Of a stretch of DNA of 37,820 bases, positions 33,796 through 37,820 are shown piece after piece. Origin of the DNA: an uncultured Chloroflexaceae bacterium (lineage in GTDB: Bacteria; Chloroflexota; Chloroflexia; Chloroflexales; Chloroflexaceae). The notes beneath the pieces were generated by a model. That model was given only the letters and a program-made list of their open reading frames with translations. It was not told where the DNA came from and did not search any database. The stretch's first letter is position 1. Every line of letters begins with the position of its first letter. Location: assembly GCA_964626155.1 (NCBI GenBank), contig CAZVEN010000021.1, positions 15,825 through 53,644 on the forward strand, in the 5' to 3' direction. The position numbers and the translations under genes were made by a program.

Positions 33796-36420
33796 ATGAT
33801 TAACCAACCAGATTGTCTTTCCCATACAAAAGTCAATGGCTCTCTCGTTGCAGATGAGCAACACACGACATGGTGCAACGATGAAACCGCAATGGCTTTG
33901 CAACGAGAAATTGCTGAGCGGAAGCGCCTAGAAGAAGCGCTTAGCGTTCAGCGTGATCTTGCTCTCGCCCTCAGCTCCACAAGCGACCTCTCAACATCGC
34001 TCAGTTATGTGCTCGATGTGACGCTTCAGTTGGATAGAATTGACTGCGGCGGCATCTACCTTGTTAATCGCAATAACGGAAGCTTAACCCTGATGGTGTA
34101 TAGGGGGCTATCTGAGCAATTCGCTAAACACATACATTACTATGATGCAGACACCTACCAAGCTCGCATGGTGCGTGCCGGCAAACCACGCTACCTTCAT
34201 GCAAGCGCTATGAAGGAAAAAAGCAGTGTCCTTCGGGAACTTGAAGGCTTACGTGCCATTGCCATATTACCCATCTGTTATGAAGGACACACGCTAGCGG
34301 TGCTCAATCTTGGTTCTCTCACCTATGACGAGCTATCTGCCAGCACCCGCACCATTCTCGAATCTATCGCCGCCCAGGTTGGGGGTGGTATTGCCCGCAT
34401 AGAAGCAGAAGAAGCCTACCGCAACCTCGTTGAACATTCCTTGCAAGGATTGATCATCTACCAAGACGAGCGCATCGTGTTTGCCAACCCCGCCATGAGC
34501 GCCATCAATGGCTACACCGTGCAAGAGATGCTTGGATTTTCGACAAACGCCATACAGCACCTTGTCCATCCCGACGACCAAGCCATGGTATCAACTTACT
34601 TACACAAGCGTAGAGCAGACGCGAATGTACCATCACGATATGAATATCGCATCGTGCGCAAAGACTGCCAAATACGTTGGCTTGAAGCCTATGGTGTCAC
34701 CACAACCTATCGCGGTAAGCCTGCTAGTCAAGGCACCTACATAGACATCACCAACCGCAAACAAACCGAGGAAATGCTCAACAAAACCCACGACGAGTTA
34801 GAAATGCGCGTGCAAGAGCGGACCGTCAAACTCATTGCCATAAACAAAACCCTGCAAGCTGAAATCAATGAACGTAAGCGTTCAGACCAAGCCTTGATTG
34901 AGAGTGAAAAACGCTATCGCACACTTGTTGAAACATCCCCAAGTGCCATACTCCTCACGGCTATGGACCGCTCAATCCAATTTTGCAACCAACAAGCTGC
35001 TGCACTATTTGGCTATACGTCAGTAGATGAGTTGTGTGGGAAACATGGTACAGATTTGGTTGTACTCGACAATTTAATCCATGACCCATTAACCCATGTG
35101 CAACAGATACTTGGCGCAGGAAATTTGCGCAACATAGAATATACCATGCGCCGCAGCGACGGGAGCCATTTCCCGGCCCAAGTCAGTAGCTCTATTGTCA
35201 CCGACACGAACAATCGCCCAACCGCTATGATCATAATTGTGCAAGACATCAGCGAACGCAAACTAACCGAAAAAGCACTCGCAACAGCTTACGATGACCA
35301 AACGCTCTTGAATGCACATCTTACCCATAGCCGCAATCTGCTGCGGGTTATCTTCGATAGGCTTGACGATGGGTTGATGCTGCTTGACCACACAGGTACA
35401 ATACAAACCATTAACCGTACATTTGCCACACTCCTTGGCCGCCCAGTTGAAGCCTTGGTGAACACAACATGGGACAAAGAACATCGTTTGACAGCAACCC
35501 TGACGACATGCCTTGCAAACCTCAACACACGACAGCGCATACGCTACCAATACCCCGATGATGCTATTCGTATTTTCGATATCCAAGCCTTAGACCTTGA
35601 CACCGAAGAGCAACAACCTATGGAGCAAATCATTGTGCATATTGCCGATGTCACAGAAACCGTACAACTGCAAGCACGAGTGCTTGAAAATGAACGGTTC
35701 GCAGCCAGTGGCCGGCTAGCAGCGAGTGTAGCCCATGAAATAAACACCCCCCTGCAAGGGCTTCAAACAGCATTGCGCATGGCCAACGTAAGTTCAGAGA
35801 AAGACCGCACCTATTTTTTGGACCATGCTCGTGAGGAGATACAACGTGTTGGGCGCATCGTCAACCAATTACTCGACTTATACCGGACTGGCGTTGCCAC
35901 CTATGGAGTTATCCATATCTCCACCTTGATAGAGCGTATCTTACTGCTCATTGGCAAACGTGTCCGCGAACAAAAAGTTATCATCGAGCAAAACCTCACT
36001 GATGTGCCGCCCATCTGGGGACGTACAGATGAGCTCACCCAAGTATTACTCAACATCATTGTCAATGCACTCGATGTGATGCCAGATGGTGGCACGTTGA
36101 ATATCTCTTGCAAGCAACCTAACAAACACCCATCTGAACACATAGCCCAAAATAGCCTCACCCCCACGACACATCCACACATGGTATGCATTGTTATTGC
36201 AGATACCGGCACAGGTATCTGCACCGACATACAAGACCACATCTTTGAACCATTTTTTACCACCAAAGAAAATGGCACAGGACTAGGATTGGCCATTAGC
36301 ACCCAAATTGTGCAACAGTATGGTGGAACGATTCAGGTACACAATAATACATCTGTAGGAAGCACTTTTTGCATTCACCTTCCGGTACACAGTCATGCAA
36401 CCTGCTATTCTGATAGTTGA
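33796..36420 (+). CDS. GAF/PAS multi-domain sensor histidine kinase
   Basis: H-box ASVAHEINTPLQG, N-box LLNIIVNALD, G-boxes DTGTGI and GTGLGLAIS; upstream GAF and at least 3 PAS segments; 874 aa. Confidence 0.9.
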   Translation: MINQPDCLSHTKVNGSLVADEQHTTWCNDETAMALQREIAERKRLEEALSVQRDLALALSSTSDLSTSLSYVLDVTLQLDRIDCGGIYLVNRNNGSLTLMVYRGLSEQFAKHIHYYDADTYQARMVRAGKPRYLHASAMKEKSSVLRELEGLRAIAILPICYEGHTLAVLNLGSLTYDELSASTRTILESIAAQVGGGIARIEAEEAYRNLVEHSLQGLIIYQDERIVFANPAMSAINGYTVQEMLGFSTNAIQHLVHPDDQAMVSTYLHKRRADANVPSRYEYRIVRKDCQIRWLEAYGVTTTYRGKPASQGTYIDITNRKQTEEMLNKTHDELEMRVQERTVKLIAINKTLQAEINERKRSDQALIESEKRYRTLVETSPSAILLTAMDRSIQFCNQQAAALFGYTSVDELCGKHGTDLVVLDNLIHDPLTHVQQILGAGNLRNIEYTMRRSDGSHFPAQVSSSIVTDTNNRPTAMIIIVQDISERKLTEKALATAYDDQTLLNAHLTHSRNLLRVIFDRLDDGLMLLDHTGTIQTINRTFATLLGRPVEALVNTTWDKEHRLTATLTTCLANLNTRQRIRYQYPDDAIRIFDIQALDLDTEEQQPMEQIIVHIADVTETVQLQARVLENERFAASGRLAASVAHEINTPLQGLQTALRMANVSSEKDRTYFLDHAREEIQRVGRIVNQLLDLYRTGVATYGVIHISTLIERILLLIGKRVREQKVIIEQNLTDVPPIWGRTDELTQVLLNIIVNALDVMPDGGTLNISCKQPNKHPSEHIAQNSLTPTTHPHMVCIVIADTGTGICTDIQDHIFEPFFTTKENGTGLGLAISTQIVQQYGGTIQVHNNTSVGSTFCIHLPVHSHATCYSDS

Positions 36421-37249
36421 AGATGATACCACCACACGGGTTATGCTGGCCCGTTGGCTTGAGCATTCCGGCTACCATGTCACCGAAGCACCCGATGGTG
36501 AAACAGCATTTGATCTGCTGGAAAAAGAGGCATTCGATATCATTGTCACTGATATTGTTCTAGGTACCATTGATGGCATTGAAGTCTTGTATACTGCCCG
36601 CTTACAACCCTATCAACCAGAGGTTATTTTGCTCACCGGCTATGGCTCACTCGATACATGCATTGCCGCAGTGCGTGCCGGAGCCTACGACTATCTGCAA
36701 AAACCATGCGATGAGGAAGAGTTGCTGCGCCGTATAGAAGGTGCTATGCAACGGCGAAAAACAGAGCAACAACGCCGCATCATAGAGCAACGTTTGGTAG
36801 AAACGGCCACTCTCGTCTCCGACATCTACCAACAGGCATCAGCAGAAAGCCACCAGCAGCGAGTACCGCTTGCTGCTACTTCACCAGCAACAAACCAGCC
36901 GCACTATGCAGAAACAACAGATTCTACAGGCTATAGCTTTTCGGCACCGTATCACATTAGAGAACTCTCCATAGGGAAAACACGCCACGATGTATTCTTT
37001 AAGGGGCAACCCATACGATTAACCCCAATAGAATATACCCTTCTCTGCTACTTGGCTGCCAAAAAAGGCTTAGTATGTCGCTTCAGCGAAATGGTGTATA
37101 AAACCCATGGTCTCAATACAACCAATGCAGATGCTCAACCCCTCCTCAAGCCGCATATCCACAACTTGCGCAAAAAACTCGACTCATCCTATTTTATCAA
37201 CGACCGTGGCATAGGCTACCGCCTTGTCAACCCCGACGAAGAAGAATAA
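36395..37249 (+). CDS. OmpR-family response regulator, cognate to the upstream kinase (26-bp overlap)
   Basis: ILIVEDD, LTGYGSLDT, a long Q-rich linker, C-terminal winged helix. Paralog of 31583-32344. Confidence 0.88.
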   Translation: MQPAILIVEDDTTTRVMLARWLEHSGYHVTEAPDGETAFDLLEKEAFDIIVTDIVLGTIDGIEVLYTARLQPYQPEVILLTGYGSLDTCIAAVRAGAYDYLQKPCDEEELLRRIEGAMQRRKTEQQRRIIEQRLVETATLVSDIYQQASAESHQQRVPLAATSPATNQPHYAETTDSTGYSFSAPYHIRELSIGKTRHDVFFKGQPIRLTPIEYTLLCYLAAKKGLVCRFSEMVYKTHGLNTTNADAQPLLKPHIHNLRKKLDSSYFINDRGIGYRLVNPDEEE

Positions 37250-37439
37250 CAACCAACAGTCAAGAAACTTATCTTGATTCTATGCTCAAATCTCTACTCA
37301 AAACAGCCCCTCTATGCCCTCATCCTTGCACTTCATGGTGTATGATACGTGTATCCTAATGGTAGGATATAGATATACGTAGGGCATCCTTTGTGTGAGG
37401 ATAAGTATATACCTACATATAATATGAAAGGAAAACCAA

Positions 37440-37820
37440 ATGTACCGAATAACGCGAAATCTACTCTTGTTGAGTTGTATTGCCATTTTGATAAGCGCAT
37501 GTACCGGCGCAAAAGCCAACCAAAAAGATCCGTTGCAAGTTGCTCTCACAAGATGGGTTGGCGAAGTGCCTTTCTTTGTTGCTCAACAACAAGCTTTCTA
37601 CCCTAGTTCAATTACAGTCAAAACCATGAGTTCAGGTATGGACAAAATACGCCTATTCGCCGAAAAAGGTGCCGATGCGACAACGCACACGATGTTTCAG
37701 ATACTGACGCGGCTCGACCAAGGCACAGATATACGTGTCATAGCCATACTTGACTATTTAGATGCCAGTGATGGTATCATTGCCCGTGACGATATAGCAA
37801 GCGTTACCGACTTAAAGGGC
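37440..37820 (+). CDS. ABC transporter substrate-binding lipoprotein, NitT/TauT (SsuA/NMT1-like) family; 5'-complete, 3' truncated by the window end
   Basis: Lipobox LISAC; VALTRWVGEVPFFVA, GADA, SVTDLKG match the family. It is absent from the ORF track because there is no stop codon in the window. Confidence 0.75.
   Translation, partial: MYRITRNLLLLSCIAILISACTGAKANQKDPLQVALTRWVGEVPFFVAQQQAFYPSSITVKTMSSGMDKIRLFAEKGADATTHTMFQILTRLDQGTDIRVIAILDYLDASDGIIARDDIASVTDLKG

Overview
This window is about two-thirds ordinary chromosome and about one-third repeat-rich accessory DNA. Six-frame translation supports these housekeeping genes, named by recognition of family motifs: glnA (glutamine synthetase I), manA (class I mannose-6-phosphate isomerase), plsC-like acyltransferase, an aldo/keto reductase, mtnP (methylthioadenosine phosphorylase), a short transaldolase, a WbaP-type polyprenyl glycosylphosphotransferase, a peptidase C26/PuuD-like amidotransferase, a VIT-vWA protein, a HAD-IIB hydrolase, a histidine phosphatase, a GAF/PAS histidine kinase with an overlapping OmpR-type regulator, a second paralogous orphan regulator, and a 5'-complete but 3'-truncated NitT/TauT-type substrate-binding lipoprotein at the right edge. 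Between the aldo/keto reductase gene (ends 13106) and mtnP (starts 24305) lies an ~11-kb accessory block: an HsdR_N-like PD-(D/E)XK protein, a WD40 lipoprotein co-transcribed with a DUF29 protein, a DUF2442 protein, a 1209-aa NACHT/STAND NTPase with an uncharacterized helical N-terminal region, a recently duplicated 40-aa C-terminal repeat array, internal G/C homopolymer tracts and a 7-bp microsatellite in its last codons, a second DUF29 gene, an SPFH/band-7 protein with a 20x QQGYPP low-complexity tail, a coiled-coil partner, and a Uma2-family nuclease. I consider the NACHT-centred cluster the best candidate for an undescribed defence-type system. A second Uma2 nuclease gene at the left edge sits between perfect 19-bp inverted repeats next to a structured 118-bp tandem repeat, which looks like a small mobile cassette. 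A DUF2207 membrane protein is translationally coupled to a 549-aa PD-(D/E)XK (McrC/DUF2357-like) nuclease-like protein with no McrB-type partner. At least three repeat families are dispersed through the intergenic regions: a GGCTTCTAGCC-core element, a (T/C)CT(C/T)TGCG octamer-repeat element (one copy has 18-bp perfect terminal inverted repeats), and GAGACGTTGC...GCAACGTCTC palindromes. I saw no tRNA, rRNA or CRISPR. HIP1 (GCGATCGC) motifs are absent and the gene content points to a Chloroflexota-like or cyanobacteria-like source; this is a low-confidence inference.
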